From: an uncultured Alphaproteobacteria bacterium
GTDB lineage: Bacteria; Pseudomonadota; Alphaproteobacteria; HIMB59; GCA-002718135
Assembly: GCA_902604905.1 (NCBI GenBank)
Contig: CACLAN010000002.1
Span: forward strand, 68,020 to 132,019
Reading direction: 5' to 3'
Length of the DNA stretch: 64,000 nt
Each line of letters opens with the position of its first letter. The stretch's first letter is position 1. The notes under the pieces are model-generated. The model was not told where the DNA came from and did no database searches. It worked only from the letters and a program-made list of their open reading frames with translations. The position numbers and the translations under genes are program-made. Shown here piece by piece: positions 51,462 to 62,290 of the stretch.

Positions 51462-52433
51462 TTATCTTTCTTTAATATAGGGTTGGCCGATTGCGTTTGG
51501 CGCAATAGCTTTACCAACAAAACCTGCAAGTAATACAACTGTCAATATGTATGGTATCGCTTGTATTAACTGAACAGGTATCTCTCCTATAGCTGGTAGC
51601 TCAACACCTTGTAATCTAATTTGAAGTGCATCTGTGAAACCAAATAATAAACATGCGATCAAAGCTGTTTTGGGATGCCACTTTCCAAAAATCATTGCAG
51701 CTAATGCTAAGTAACCTCTGCCAGCAGACATCTCTCTAAAAAAATTGGCATTAACTGCAGTTGATAAATGAGCACCGGCAAAAGCAATTACTACACCATT
51801 AACCGCAAGGGCCTTATACCTCATAGCAAAAACATTAATGCCAGCAGTATCTACAGCGCTTGGGTTTTCACCTACAGCTCGTAGACGTAAACCAAAGCTA
51901 GTTTTAAATACAATCCAGAAAACAATTGGGACTGATAAATAAGCTAAATAAACAAATACATAATGGCCGCTTAAAATATCACTATAAAGTGTTCCAATAA
52001 TTGGGATATCTCTTACAGAATCTGCAAAAGGTAAATTGATTTCTAGAAAACGTTGCTCTTCATTTAATGTTGGTGTCAGACCTGCTTGCCCAAACCACGC
52101 AGCTGCTAAAGCTGTTGTTAAACCAATAATTAAAATATTTATAGCAACGCATGAAACTACTTGATCACCTTTATGTGTTACTGATGCAAAACCATGTAAC
52201 ATTGATAAACAAACACATACTATAATAGCTAATAATAACCCAAGCCACGGATTGCCTAAATAATAAGAACCTACAGCTGCAACAAAAGCTGCCATAAGCA
52301 TTTTGCCTTCTAAACTAAAATCAATTACACCTGAACGTTCAGCAAAAATACCCGCCATAGCAGCAAAAACTAAAGGGGTTGATATTCTTAATGTAGAATT
52401 AATTAAAGAAGCAATGTCAGACAAAAATTCCAT
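51462..52433 (-). CDS. Nucleoside ABC transporter permease (NupC-like, CUT2)
   Basis: ERSGVID..LEG.ML, FGLRLRAVGENP, AGRGYLALAAMIFGKW, PYILT. Confidence 0.88.
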   Translation of the reverse strand: MEFLSDIASLINSTLRISTPLVFAAMAGIFAERSGVIDFSLEGKMLMAAFVAAVGSYYLGNPWLGLLLAIIVCVCLSMLHGFASVTHKGDQVVSCVAINILIIGLTTALAAAWFGQAGLTPTLNEEQRFLEINLPFADSVRDIPIIGTLYSDILSGHYVFVYLAYLSVPIVFWIVFKTSFGLRLRAVGENPSAVDTAGINVFAMRYKALAVNGVVIAFAGAHLSTAVNANFFREMSAGRGYLALAAMIFGKWHPKTALIACLLFGFTDALQIRLQGVELPAIGEIPVQLIQAIPYILTVVLLAGFVGKAIAPNAIGQPYIKER

Positions 52434-53554
52434 TATGCATTTACCTCTTTATAAAGTCTTCTTACAAAAAAACTTTCAATTTGTGGTCTGAATAAGTTTT
52501 CTAACGCTCCGCTAAATAAAATTATCAAGCCTTGAACAGCAACAAACATGTATCTAGTGATATTAGGCATCTCAAATGTTACTTCTGAACCACCTTGGTA
52601 CAAAATTCCAAATAAAAATGCAGCGGGTAAAATTCCAATTGGATGATTTCTACCCATCAAAGCTACAGCGATTCCAGTAAAACCATATCCAGCTGGAAAG
52701 CCGGCTTGTATTTTGTGACTTACTCCAAGAATTTCATTAACACCAAGCAACCCTGCTAGACCTCCTGAAATGCACATAGCTATAATTATATTTTTGTGTG
52801 GAGATATACCTGCATAGATCGCTGCCTGAGTATTGTGACCAACAGCTCGCATCTCATAACCCCATTTTGTTTTCCATACTAAAAACCAAACAAAGAATAA
52901 AGAAGCAATAGCTAATAAAAAAGTAAGATTAAGAGGAGAATACCTTATCTTTATGCCAAGGATACCAGAAAATGCTTCAAAACTGGGAAGCCAGATTGCT
53001 TCAGGTAGTTTAACAGTATGTGGGGCCATCTGATTGGTATCTCTAATTACATCTACTAGTAAAAAAATCATTAATGAAGAGGCTATAAAATTGAACATGA
53101 TTGTTGTGATTACAACATGGCTTCCTCTTTTTGATTGAAGATAAGCTGGTATATAAGCCCAAGCCGCTCCAAATAAGAAAGCTCCACAAATTGATAAAAG
53201 CCAGACAATTGGAATTGGAAGAAAACTTAAATTTATAGCTACTAAAAAAACACCTAAGCCCCCTATATATGCCTGACCTTCTCCTCCAATGTTGAAAAGT
53301 CTACAATGAAAAGCTACAGCAAATGCAAGTCCAGTGAAAATAAAATTTGTAGTATAATAAAGTGTATATGCAAAACCTTGGATATAACCGAACGAACCAA
53401 AAATAATTAACTTAACTGCTTCAATTGGATTTTCACCTGCTATAAAAATAAACAGACCTGATACTAGTAATGCTAATGTTAAGTTTACCAAAGGTACGAT
53501 AACGTTAGACACCCACCATGGTACCTTGGATTTATCAACTACTATGTTACTCAT
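52433..53554 (-). CDS. Nucleoside ABC transporter permease (NupB-like, CUT2)
   Basis: LFNIGGEGQ, VITTIMFN, GYEMRAVG, GFTGIAVALMGRNHP. Confidence 0.88.
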   Translation of the reverse strand: MSNIVVDKSKVPWWVSNVIVPLVNLTLALLVSGLFIFIAGENPIEAVKLIIFGSFGYIQGFAYTLYYTTNFIFTGLAFAVAFHCRLFNIGGEGQAYIGGLGVFLVAINLSFLPIPIVWLLSICGAFLFGAAWAYIPAYLQSKRGSHVVITTIMFNFIASSLMIFLLVDVIRDTNQMAPHTVKLPEAIWLPSFEAFSGILGIKIRYSPLNLTFLLAIASLFFVWFLVWKTKWGYEMRAVGHNTQAAIYAGISPHKNIIIAMCISGGLAGLLGVNEILGVSHKIQAGFPAGYGFTGIAVALMGRNHPIGILPAAFLFGILYQGGSEVTFEMPNITRYMFVAVQGLIILFSGALENLFRPQIESFFVRRLYKEVNA

Positions 53555-55074
53555 TACGCAACACCGGCCATAAGTAATCCTAGTTCACGGTCAGTAACAT
53601 TTTTATTTTCTTTTTCTCCAACAATTTTACCATCAAACATAACAATAATCCTATCAGATAAGGACAGTATTTCATCTAACTCAACAGACGCTAATAATAT
53701 TGCTGCTCCTCTGTCTCGCATATCAATAAGTCTTTGGTGAATAAATTCAATTGCACCAATATCTACACCTCTTGTTGGTTGACCTACTAAAAGAACTTTT
53801 GGATTTTCATTAAGTTCTCTACTCAAAATAATTTTTTGTTGATTACCTCCAGAAAAATTTGATGTTATTAAGTTTGGAGAGTTTGGTCTAACGTCATATT
53901 CTTGCATTATCTTACTTGAATATTCTTTAATTTCTTGACTATTTAAAACTGCAGATTTTGAAAAAGGTTCTTGATCATGATATCCAAAAATTAAATTTTC
54001 GTGAGCTTTAAAATCACTTATTAGACCCATTCTTTGTCTGTCCTCTGGGACATGCGCAAGGCCTTTCTCTTTTAGCATTCTTGGGTTAAGAAAATTGTCT
54101 TGGTCAGATATTTTTTCACCGAATAATTGAATATTTCCTGATTCCACTTTTCTAATTCCTGAAAGTGCTTCTAATAATTCAGTTTGTCCATTTCCAGTTA
54201 CACCTGCAATACCTAAAATTTCTCCAGAACGGATTTCTAAATTAATATTTTTAACGCGTGCAACATCTAGATCATCTTTGACTGAAAGATTGTTAACTTT
54301 AAAAATAACTTCTCCTTTTTTTATTTCTTTTTTGTCGACTCTCAGCAAGACACTTCTTCCAACCATCATTTCGGCTAGTTGCTCTTTGTTTGTATCTTTA
54401 GTTTTTGTATGTCCAACCATTTCACCTTGACGCATAACTGAAACTTCACTGGTTAGATCCATGATTTCAATTAATTTATGTGTAATTAATACAATTGTTT
54501 TTCCTTCATCTTTTAATGATCTAAGAATTTTGAATAATTCATCAACTTCCTGTGGTGTAAGCACGCCAGTAGGCTCATCTAAGATTAGAATTTCTGCCCC
54601 TCTGTATAAAGATTTTAATATTTCTACTCTTTGTCGGAACCCAACTGATAGATCTGCTATTGTTGCATCAAGATCAATATTGAAATTATAAGTTTTACAA
54701 AGTTTTTCTAAATCTTTTTTTGCAGTAGCAAGTTTTTCTCCAAAAACTGTTTCACCTTCAAAACCAAGTATAATATTTTCTAATACTGTAAAATTTTCGA
54801 CCAACATAAAATGTTGATGAACCATTCCAATACCATTTACTATAGAGTCTCTTGGTGATCTTAGGTTTATTTCTTTACCATTAATTTTAATAGATCCTGA
54901 ATTCGCCTGATAAAGGCCAAAAACTATACTCATTAAGGTAGATTTACCAGCACCGTTTTCCCCAATTATACCGTGAATTGTTCCTTTATTAATTTTAAGA
55001 TTAATATTTTTATTGGCCTGAACGTGGCCAAAAGATTTATTTATATTTGTAAGCTCTAAGATAGGCGAGACCAT
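53554..55074 (-). CDS. Nucleoside ABC transporter ATP-binding protein (NupA-like, double NBD)
   Basis: GENGAGKST, GMVHQHFML, ILDEPT, HVPEDR, SGGNQQK, QPTRGVD. Confidence 0.9.
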   Translation of the reverse strand: MVSPILELTNINKSFGHVQANKNINLKINKGTIHGIIGENGAGKSTLMSIVFGLYQANSGSIKINGKEINLRSPRDSIVNGIGMVHQHFMLVENFTVLENIILGFEGETVFGEKLATAKKDLEKLCKTYNFNIDLDATIADLSVGFRQRVEILKSLYRGAEILILDEPTGVLTPQEVDELFKILRSLKDEGKTIVLITHKLIEIMDLTSEVSVMRQGEMVGHTKTKDTNKEQLAEMMVGRSVLLRVDKKEIKKGEVIFKVNNLSVKDDLDVARVKNINLEIRSGEILGIAGVTGNGQTELLEALSGIRKVESGNIQLFGEKISDQDNFLNPRMLKEKGLAHVPEDRQRMGLISDFKAHENLIFGYHDQEPFSKSAVLNSQEIKEYSSKIMQEYDVRPNSPNLITSNFSGGNQQKIILSRELNENPKVLLVGQPTRGVDIGAIEFIHQRLIDMRDRGAAILLASVELDEILSLSDRIIVMFDGKIVGEKENKNVTDRELGLLMAGVA

Positions 55075-55119
55075 AAATTATTTATCAATCTTTGGTCTCG
55101 CCAATTGTTTATATTTTAA

Positions 55120-56097
55120 TTATTCTTGTGACCAATCAGCAACAACTAATGCACCACTTGCAATATCTGCAGCAGCTGCATCAGCAGCAGCAGCCATATC
55201 AGCAGTTACCATTCCATCTTCTGTTGCGTAACCAAGCATTCCTTCTGAAAGCCCTAGGATGTTAATTCCTGACTCAAAAGAACCTTTGCCTACATTTTGT
55301 GCCTGTTCAAAGATCGTTAAGTCTAATCTCTTCAGCATTGAAGTAAGCATTGTGCCTGGATGCATCCAGTTTTGGTTTGAATCAACGCCAATTGCCATTA
55401 TGCCAGCATCAGCAGCAGCCTGTAAAACACCAATTCCCGTTCCACCTGCAGCTTGATAAACAACATCTGCGCCACCATCAATTTGTGCTTTAGTTAATTC
55501 AGCTCCTTTTGTTGGGTTGTTCCATGCTTCGTTTGTAGTTCCTGTCATATTAGCAATAACTTCTATGTCTGGATTTACATATTGTGCACCTTGCTCATAA
55601 CCACCTTGGAATTTTCTAATTAGTGGAATATCCATTCCACCAACGAAACCAATTGTTCCACTTTTAGAAGCCATAGCAGCCATCATTCCAACTAGGAAAG
55701 ATCCTTCATGTTCTTTATAACAAGCTTGATAAATATTGTTGTTTGGATCATCCAACCAACAAACATCAACTGCAACAAATTTTATATCTGGGTAGTCAGC
55801 TGAAACTGCTGCAATTGCATCAGCTTGAGCAAATCCCATTCCTACGATCATTGTTGCTCCTCTATCAGCAATCTTACGCATACCCTGCTCGATCTGATTG
55901 TCGTTTGCAGATTCAAACTCAATCATACCCCAGCCAAGTTCATTTACAACTCTCTCAGCTGTATTGAATGCTAACTCGTTAAATGATTTGTCAAATTTTC
56001 CACCTGAGTCGTAAACAACCCCAATTGTGTTTGCAAACGCACTTGATGAGAAGATAAGTGCGAAAGAAACTGAAAAAATACTTAAAATTTTCTTCAT
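55120..56097 (-). CDS. BMP-family nucleoside-binding periplasmic protein
   Basis: GGKFDKSFN, EHEGSFLVG, FVGGMDIP, AAGGTG, IGVDSNQ, TSMLKR. Confidence 0.9.
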   Translation of the reverse strand: MKKILSIFSVSFALIFSSSAFANTIGVVYDSGGKFDKSFNELAFNTAERVVNELGWGMIEFESANDNQIEQGMRKIADRGATMIVGMGFAQADAIAAVSADYPDIKFVAVDVCWLDDPNNNIYQACYKEHEGSFLVGMMAAMASKSGTIGFVGGMDIPLIRKFQGGYEQGAQYVNPDIEVIANMTGTTNEAWNNPTKGAELTKAQIDGGADVVYQAAGGTGIGVLQAAADAGIMAIGVDSNQNWMHPGTMLTSMLKRLDLTIFEQAQNVGKGSFESGINILGLSEGMLGYATEDGMVTADMAAAADAAAADIASGALVVADWSQE

Positions 56098-56215
56098 ACT
56101 AAATTTCCCCCTTAAATATGAATTATAGATATCTCATTGATAACATTTTATTGTAAAAAAAAATGCATAAAAAACTGAGATTATGTTTAAATAATAGGAT
56201 TTTTTATGGATAACT

Positions 56216-56836
56216 TCAAGTACCCATATACCTATCGCCTGCGTCACCTAAGCCCGGTACAATGAACTTATTTTTATTCAATTTAGCATCAATGTTACAA
56301 GTAAATATATGAATGCCTTTTTGCTTTTTTTGAATATTTTTAATACCCTCAGGAGCAGCTAGCAAAGACACCAAAAATATATCTTTAATATTAACACCTT
56401 TGTTTTTTATTAAATTGATTGCAGCAATTGAAGAATTACCTGTGGCCAACATTGGATCTAGAATTAACACTTTTTTATTTTTAACTCTTGGAAGTTTAAA
56501 AAGGTATTCTACAGGTTCATAAGTTTGTTCGTCGCGATATAAACCTATATGACCTTTTTCTGCTTCTGGTAAAAATTTTGCAAACCCCTCAAGTAACCCT
56601 AAACCGGCACGTAAAATTGGGACCAAAATTATGGGTTGACCTAAGGCTGTACCACTCATTTTTTTTAGAGGTGTTTCAATTGTTTGTTTTTTAAAGGGAA
56701 CGTATTGAAGAACATCAGAAGCGATGAGGTAGCTTATTTCATTCATAGTTTGTCTAAAAACAGTATTCGAAGTTTTTTTATTTCGCAAAATTGTTAATTT
56801 GTATTGAACGAATGGTGATTTAATTACTGTAATCAT
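56216..56836 (-). CDS. upp: Uracil phosphoribosyltransferase
   Basis: VPILRAG, GHIGLYRD, LDPMLATGNS, IVPGLGDAGDR. Confidence 0.95.
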   Translation of the reverse strand: MITVIKSPFVQYKLTILRNKKTSNTVFRQTMNEISYLIASDVLQYVPFKKQTIETPLKKMSGTALGQPIILVPILRAGLGLLEGFAKFLPEAEKGHIGLYRDEQTYEPVEYLFKLPRVKNKKVLILDPMLATGNSSIAAINLIKNKGVNIKDIFLVSLLAAPEGIKNIQKKQKGIHIFTCNIDAKLNKNKFIVPGLGDAGDRYMGT

Positions 56837-56871
56837 ATGCGATTACATATATAGAAATCCAACTAAGAGCA

Positions 56872-57357
56872 ATGCGGTTATCAATTTATTTTTTAACATT
56901 AGTGTTTTTATCTAGCTGTACGACTATTGAAGTTGGAAGAGAAGTTGTTAAAGTTGGGGCGGTTGTAAAAGATAAAGTTGAAGAAACTATTATAAAAAAA
57001 GAGCCAGAAATTGTTGAAGATAAAACTATTGTTGAAGAACAACAAATTATCACTGAAGAAAAAGAAGAGGAAAAAACTATAGTTAAAGAGCAGCAAAAAA
57101 TCGCAGAAATAAATTTCATGGGAAAACAACTTGCTGAGATTAAACAAAAACTGGGACAGCCTAATTTAGTACGATCTGATGGCTCGGTGCATATGATGCG
57201 ATATGATAGTAGTTCATGTAGGTTGTTTATCTTCTTTAATATAAACTCAAATATTAAAAGAGTAGAATATTTTGAATTTCGAGACTCTTTAGGAGAGCTT
57301 ATAAATACAAAGAACTCGATAGAAGAATGTTATAAAGAATACGACTTTACTAGCTAA
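56872..57357 (+). CDS. Hypothetical lipoprotein
   Basis: LSSC lipobox, E/K-rich linker, C-terminal LG.P..VR.DG...Y....C.L..FF domain. Confidence 0.7.
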   Translation: MRLSIYFLTLVFLSSCTTIEVGREVVKVGAVVKDKVEETIIKKEPEIVEDKTIVEEQQIITEEKEEEKTIVKEQQKIAEINFMGKQLAEIKQKLGQPNLVRSDGSVHMMRYDSSSCRLFIFFNINSNIKRVEYFEFRDSLGELINTKNSIEECYKEYDFTS

Positions 57358-60300
57358 TTTCAACAAGCAAATCTTTGGTTTCCACATTATCACCGGATGC
57401 AACATTAATTGATTTGATTGTTCCACTTTTATCAGCGTTTATTGTAGTTTCCATTTTCATAGCCTCGATCACTAGTAACTTATCACCTTTAATCACCTTA
57501 CTACCTGATTGAACAAATATTTTAGCAACTTGGCCTGGCAAAGGAGATCCAACATGATCCAAATTATTATCATCTGCTTTAGCTCTTTGAGTAATATTTT
57601 TTGAAAATTCTTTATTTTCTATATCTATTGTTCTTGGTTGTCCGTTAATTTCAAAAAACACGGAGCACTTTCCATTACTATTAACTTCGCTTTTCGCTAA
57701 ATATCTTAAGATAAGGTTTTTTCCTTTATCGATTTCTATCGTGTATTCTTTATCTTGTTGAGGACCATAAAAAAATAATTCTGTTGAAAGAATCGATGTA
57801 TCACTAAACTCCTTAAAGTGATCAACATAATCTTTAAAAACTTTTGGATACATTAAGTAAGACGCTAGATGTGTTTGATTAACTTTTATCCCTATTTCAA
57901 CTTCTAAGTTTTTGAATTCTTTATCTAAATCTACTGGTTCTAAAACTTCCCCTGGTCTTTTTGTGAGGGGTTTTGTATCTCCGAGAACTTTCTTTTGTAA
58001 TTCTTTTGGAAAACCTCCATGTGGTATACCAATTTCCCCTTTAAAGAACTCAATAACAGAAGCAGGAAAAGAAATTTCTTTTTTTGGGTCTAATACATCT
58101 TCTTTGGATAAATCATTGGCGATCATATAGAGCGCCATATCACCTACAATTTTAGAAGAAGGTGTAACTTTAACAATATCACCAAAAAGTTGGTTTACCT
58201 CTGCATATTTATTAGCAACCATTCCCCACTTATCAGTTGTAATTCCCAATGATCTCGCTTGTTCTTTTAAATTTGTAAACTGACCACCAGGCATTTGGTG
58301 AAGATACACATCAGAACTACCACCTTTGAAATCGGTTTCAAATGCATGATAATTTTGACGAACTTGTTCCCAATATAAAGATAGTGTTCTTATAGCCTCT
58401 TCATCAAGTTTTGGGTCTTGATGATTTTGTTTCATTATAGATACGATTGATCCAAGTGCAGGTTGTGATGTTAATCCGCTCATCGAATCAATTGCAAGAT
58501 CCACGATATCTACCTTTTCTTCTATAGCAGCCAGAACTGAAGCTGATGAAGTACCAGATGTATCATGAGTATGAAAATGAATTGGAAGATCAGTTGTTTG
58601 TTTGATTTCATTAACTAATTTTTTTATAGCATTAGGTTTTGCTAATCCCGCCATATCTTTAATAGCAATAATATGTGCTCCTGCTTTCTCTAAATCTTTT
58701 ACAAGATCAATATAATATTTTAATGTATATTTTTTCTCATTTGGATCAGTTACATCATTTGTATAACAGATAGTTCCTTCACAAATTTTATTTTGATTGC
58801 GTACTTCATCAATTGCAACACGCATATTATCAATTAGATTTAATGAGTCAAAAACTCGGAATACATCAATTCCAGCTTCTGCTGATTGTTGAATGAAATG
58901 TTTAACAACGTTATCTGGATAATTTTTATATCCAACAGCATTAGATCCTCTAAAGAGCATTTGTTTAAGAAGGTTAGGCGCCCTTTTGTTTAATCTTGCT
59001 AATCTATCCCAAGGATCCTCTTTTAAAAAACGCATCGATGTATCGAAGGTTGCACCGCCCCAACATTCTAGTGAGAACAAGTTGCTTAGATTTTCACTAT
59101 AATATTCAGCAATATTAATAAGATCATCTGTTCTCATTCTTGTAGCAAGAAGCGATTGGTGTGCATCACGCATCGTTGTGTCAGTAATTAGGGTGTAGGG
59201 TGTTTCTTTTATTTTTTTTGCAAATTTTTCTGGACCTAAAGTTTGTAAATCCTTTACATAATTATTTTTTACACTTTTAGTGTTTGAAATAGGAATTTGA
59301 ACTTCTACAGTCGAATTATTACTGACTCTTCCAGATACATCATTGTGTCCATTTACAATTATATTTCCAAGATAAGATACAATTTTTGATGCTCGATCTT
59401 TTTGAGGATTATAAGCATAGAGCTCTCTTTTAGTATCCACAAAATTGGTATTGTAATTTCCTTCAAGGAAATCTTTATTGTTTATAAGAGACTCAAGAAA
59501 TACTAAATTTGTTTTAACACCTCTAATTCTAAATTCTCGTAAAGCCCTATCCATTCTTTTAATACAGTCGTCTTGATGCTTTGCCCAAGTTGTTACTTTT
59601 ACAAGTAAAGAATCATAATACGGTGTGATGATCGAACCTGAAGAAGCATTTGCTGCATCTAGCCTGACTCCAAAACCAGCGGCTGATCGGTAAGTCATTA
59701 TCTTCCCATAATCTGGCATAAAATTATTAAGCGGATCTTCGGTAGTAACTCTACATTGAATAGCAAATCCATTTAGATGAATGTCTTCTTGTTTAGGAAG
59801 AGCTGGATGATTGCCAATTTTTTCACCTTCTGCAATTTTAATTTGAGCTTTTACAATATCAATACCAGTTACTTCTTCTGTTACTGTATGTTCAACTTGA
59901 ATTCTTGGATTAACTTCAATGAAATAAAATTCGCCTGATTTTTTATCAAACAAAAATTCAACAGTTCCTGCACCAAAGTATTTAACTTGTTTTGCAATTT
60001 TAATAGCAGCTTTACAAATTTCTTCTCGAGTTTTATTTTCAAGAAAATGCGCAGGTGCTCTTTCAATAATCTTTTGATGCCTTCTTTGAAGAGAACAATC
60101 TCTTTCAAAAAGATGTATGATATTTCCATGTTTGTCACCTAAAATTTGAACTTCAATGTGCGCAGCATCTTCTAAAAATTTTTCTATAAATACTTCATCT
60201 TTTCCAAAAGCTTTAAGTGACTCACTTTGAGCAATTGTAATTTGATCTATTAATTCATTGCTTGATCTAACAACACGCATTCCTCGACCGCCACCACCCC

Positions 60301-60790
60301 AACTAGCTTTAACAATTACTGGGTAGCCAATTTTCGAAACTTCTTTTTCAACACTTTTTAAATTTTCTTTTGTTACAAGAACAGATGGAACGGTGTCTAC
60401 ATTTGCTTCTTCCGCAACTTTTTTAGCTTCAGTTTTATTTCCAAATCTTTTTAGTATTTCTTTACTAGGTCCAATAAATGTTATGTCATTTTTTTCACAC
60501 TGCTCAGCCAGTTCAGGACTCTCAGATAAAAATCCATAACCTGGATGGATAGCATCAACCTTTGCATCTTTAGCAATTTTAATAATCGAGTCTATGTCCA
60601 AATATGCTTGAATTGGACCTTTGCCTTCACCAACTAAATAACTTTCATCCGTTTTAAATCGGTGAATAGCAAAACGATCTTCTTTAGAATAAATAGCAGC
60701 TGTTTTAATACCAGACTCTTCAGCAGCTCTAAAAATTCGAATAGCAATTTCACTTCTATTTGCTGCTAAAATTTTACCAATCTTTTTCAT
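57350..60790 (-). CDS. pyc: Pyruvate carboxylase
   Basis: Biotin carboxylase (ANRSEIA, HPGYGFLSE, ERDCSLQRRHQK), carboxyltransferase (RDAHQSL, KDMAG, HTHDT) and biotinyl (EAMKME) domains. Confidence 0.96.
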   Translation of the reverse strand: MKKIGKILAANRSEIAIRIFRAAEESGIKTAAIYSKEDRFAIHRFKTDESYLVGEGKGPIQAYLDIDSIIKIAKDAKVDAIHPGYGFLSESPELAEQCEKNDITFIGPSKEILKRFGNKTEAKKVAEEANVDTVPSVLVTKENLKSVEKEVSKIGYPVIVKASWGGGGRGMRVVRSSNELIDQITIAQSESLKAFGKDEVFIEKFLEDAAHIEVQILGDKHGNIIHLFERDCSLQRRHQKIIERAPAHFLENKTREEICKAAIKIAKQVKYFGAGTVEFLFDKKSGEFYFIEVNPRIQVEHTVTEEVTGIDIVKAQIKIAEGEKIGNHPALPKQEDIHLNGFAIQCRVTTEDPLNNFMPDYGKIMTYRSAAGFGVRLDAANASSGSIITPYYDSLLVKVTTWAKHQDDCIKRMDRALREFRIRGVKTNLVFLESLINNKDFLEGNYNTNFVDTKRELYAYNPQKDRASKIVSYLGNIIVNGHNDVSGRVSNNSTVEVQIPISNTKSVKNNYVKDLQTLGPEKFAKKIKETPYTLITDTTMRDAHQSLLATRMRTDDLINIAEYYSENLSNLFSLECWGGATFDTSMRFLKEDPWDRLARLNKRAPNLLKQMLFRGSNAVGYKNYPDNVVKHFIQQSAEAGIDVFRVFDSLNLIDNMRVAIDEVRNQNKICEGTICYTNDVTDPNEKKYTLKYYIDLVKDLEKAGAHIIAIKDMAGLAKPNAIKKLVNEIKQTTDLPIHFHTHDTSGTSSASVLAAIEEKVDIVDLAIDSMSGLTSQPALGSIVSIMKQNHQDPKLDEEAIRTLSLYWEQVRQNYHAFETDFKGGSSDVYLHQMPGGQFTNLKEQARSLGITTDKWGMVANKYAEVNQLFGDIVKVTPSSKIVGDMALYMIANDLSKEDVLDPKKEISFPASVIEFFKGEIGIPHGGFPKELQKKVLGDTKPLTKRPGEVLEPVDLDKEFKNLEVEIGIKVNQTHLASYLMYPKVFKDYVDHFKEFSDTSILSTELFFYGPQQDKEYTIEIDKGKNLILRYLAKSEVNSNGKCSVFFEINGQPRTIDIENKEFSKNITQRAKADDNNLDHVGSPLPGQVAKIFVQSGSKVIKGDKLLVIEAMKMETTINADKSGTIKSINVASGDNVETKDLLVEIS

Positions 60791-61002
60791 CAAGCCACCA
60801 TTAAATAAGGATTATTACTTAATATTTTTACGGGGATGCATCTATATGTTCCTTACTAAATTAGCAAGAGATCAAAGGAATTTAGCCATTTTTTAGGATT
60901 TGGAAGCAATTATAAATTGATAATAAAAAGCAAATTATCGATTTAATATCTGTGCACATATGTCCCTTTATCAGAAAGGTTATTTTATATTAATGTCAAA
61001 TT

Positions 61003-61449
61003 ATGAATTCATTAAATGAAAATATAAGACCTTATCAAAGCTGTTCTAAATCAGTCTTTTTAGTTTTAGGAATTATTTTTATAAGCTGGATTTCATTATT
61101 CTCTATTTTTCTTATTGTACAAGGTGCATGGCCTGTATCTATATTTCTTGGACTTGAATATCTGATAATTTTTTATTTAATCCGTTTATATTTCAAAGAA
61201 AAAAATATTAAGGATGAAATTAACATTAATCAAAAAGAAATATCTATTAGAAAATATAAAGGTGATAAACTTTTACATTCATCTAAATTCAGCACTTATT
61301 GGTCCAAAGTTTTTTTTACAAAATTTAAAAACACTTCCAAGTTATCAATAAGAGAATCAGATAAAGAAACTGAAGTTGCAACTTTCTTGCATGCTGATTT
61401 AAAGGAAAGTTTGTACTTAAGAATTAAAAGACAATTAAGCTATTATTAA
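61003..61449 (+). CDS. DUF2244-family membrane protein
   Basis: RP..S, two TM helices with GAWPV..F.GLE, EVATFL. Confidence 0.75.
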   Translation: MNSLNENIRPYQSCSKSVFLVLGIIFISWISLFSIFLIVQGAWPVSIFLGLEYLIIFYLIRLYFKEKNIKDEININQKEISIRKYKGDKLLHSSKFSTYWSKVFFTKFKNTSKLSIRESDKETEVATFLHADLKESLYLRIKRQLSYY

Positions 61450-62249
61450 AATAACAAATCATTCATATTGAAAAGACCTGTTTTCTTTTTAGAAATAAAG
61501 ATTGCTGCTTCGATGGCCCCACCTACAAAAATTGATCGATTATTAGCTTTATGAACTAGATCAACTCTATCATTAGTACCAATAAAACTTACTATATGTT
61601 CACCTGCAATTTCACCACCTCTTGTAACAGAAAAGCCAATGTCACCTTTTTTTCTAGATGATAGTTTTTTTGTACGATCTAAAACTTTTGATTTATTTAA
61701 TTTAGTTTTTCTTCCCTCAGCTGCATATTCACCCAGAGATAATGCAGTCCCAGAAGGAGCATCTTTTTTATGTTTATGATGAGTCTCAGCAATCTCAATA
61801 TCATAATCAGTATCTTTTAAAGCTGATGCTGTTTGTTTTACTAAGTTAAATAATAAGTTAACACCCAAACTCATGTTAGAAGACATCAGTATAGGTATTT
61901 TTTTTGAATAACTTTTCACTTTCTTTTTTTGATTATCCGTCATTCCGGTTGTGCCAATAACAACTGCTGTTTTATTTGCAGAGGCGATCTTAAGATTATC
62001 TAAGGTAGACTCAGGTGTTGTGAAATCAATGATGACATTTGCTTCTTTGATTAACTGAGCTGCATTAGCGGTAACTAATTTTGCAGAGTGTATACTTGAA
62101 ACTTTGTTTAAAGGTTTGTTTATATCTTTATGTTTTTTGTATTCAAAACCACCAACAAATTCTAAATTTTTATTTTGTAAAATTTGTTTAGATATTTCCT
62201 GACCCATTCGGCCAAGACAACCTGCAACTGCTATTTTAATTTTTGCCAT
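61446..62249 (-). CDS. dapB: 4-hydroxy-tetrahydrodipicolinate reductase
   Basis: GCLGRMG, IDFT, VIGTTG, NMSLGVN, ETHHKHKKDAPSGTA. Confidence 0.96.
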   Translation of the reverse strand: MAKIKIAVAGCLGRMGQEISKQILQNKNLEFVGGFEYKKHKDINKPLNKVSSIHSAKLVTANAAQLIKEANVIIDFTTPESTLDNLKIASANKTAVVIGTTGMTDNQKKKVKSYSKKIPILMSSNMSLGVNLLFNLVKQTASALKDTDYDIEIAETHHKHKKDAPSGTALSLGEYAAEGRKTKLNKSKVLDRTKKLSSRKKGDIGFSVTRGGEIAGEHIVSFIGTNDRVDLVHKANNRSIFVGGAIEAAIFISKKKTGLFNMNDLLF

Positions 62250-62290
62250 AAAAACTTCTTATACTTTGGTGATTGTAAGTTGAAAAGAAA

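Noticed and set aside
55165-55205. GCA-rich quasi-repeat
   Set aside because: Encodes the Ala-rich C-terminal helix of the BMP protein; not a contingency repeat or CRISPR array
56940-57110. Short recurring GTTGAAGAA/AAAACTAT units in the lipoprotein gene
   Set aside because: Low-complexity E/K/I/V linker coding; no regular repeat-spacer structure
60794-61002. About 210-bp spacer upstream of pyc examined for a riboswitch or sRNA
   Set aside because: Only short AT-rich inverted repeats (CTAAATT/AATTTAG); no recognisable aptamer or terminator
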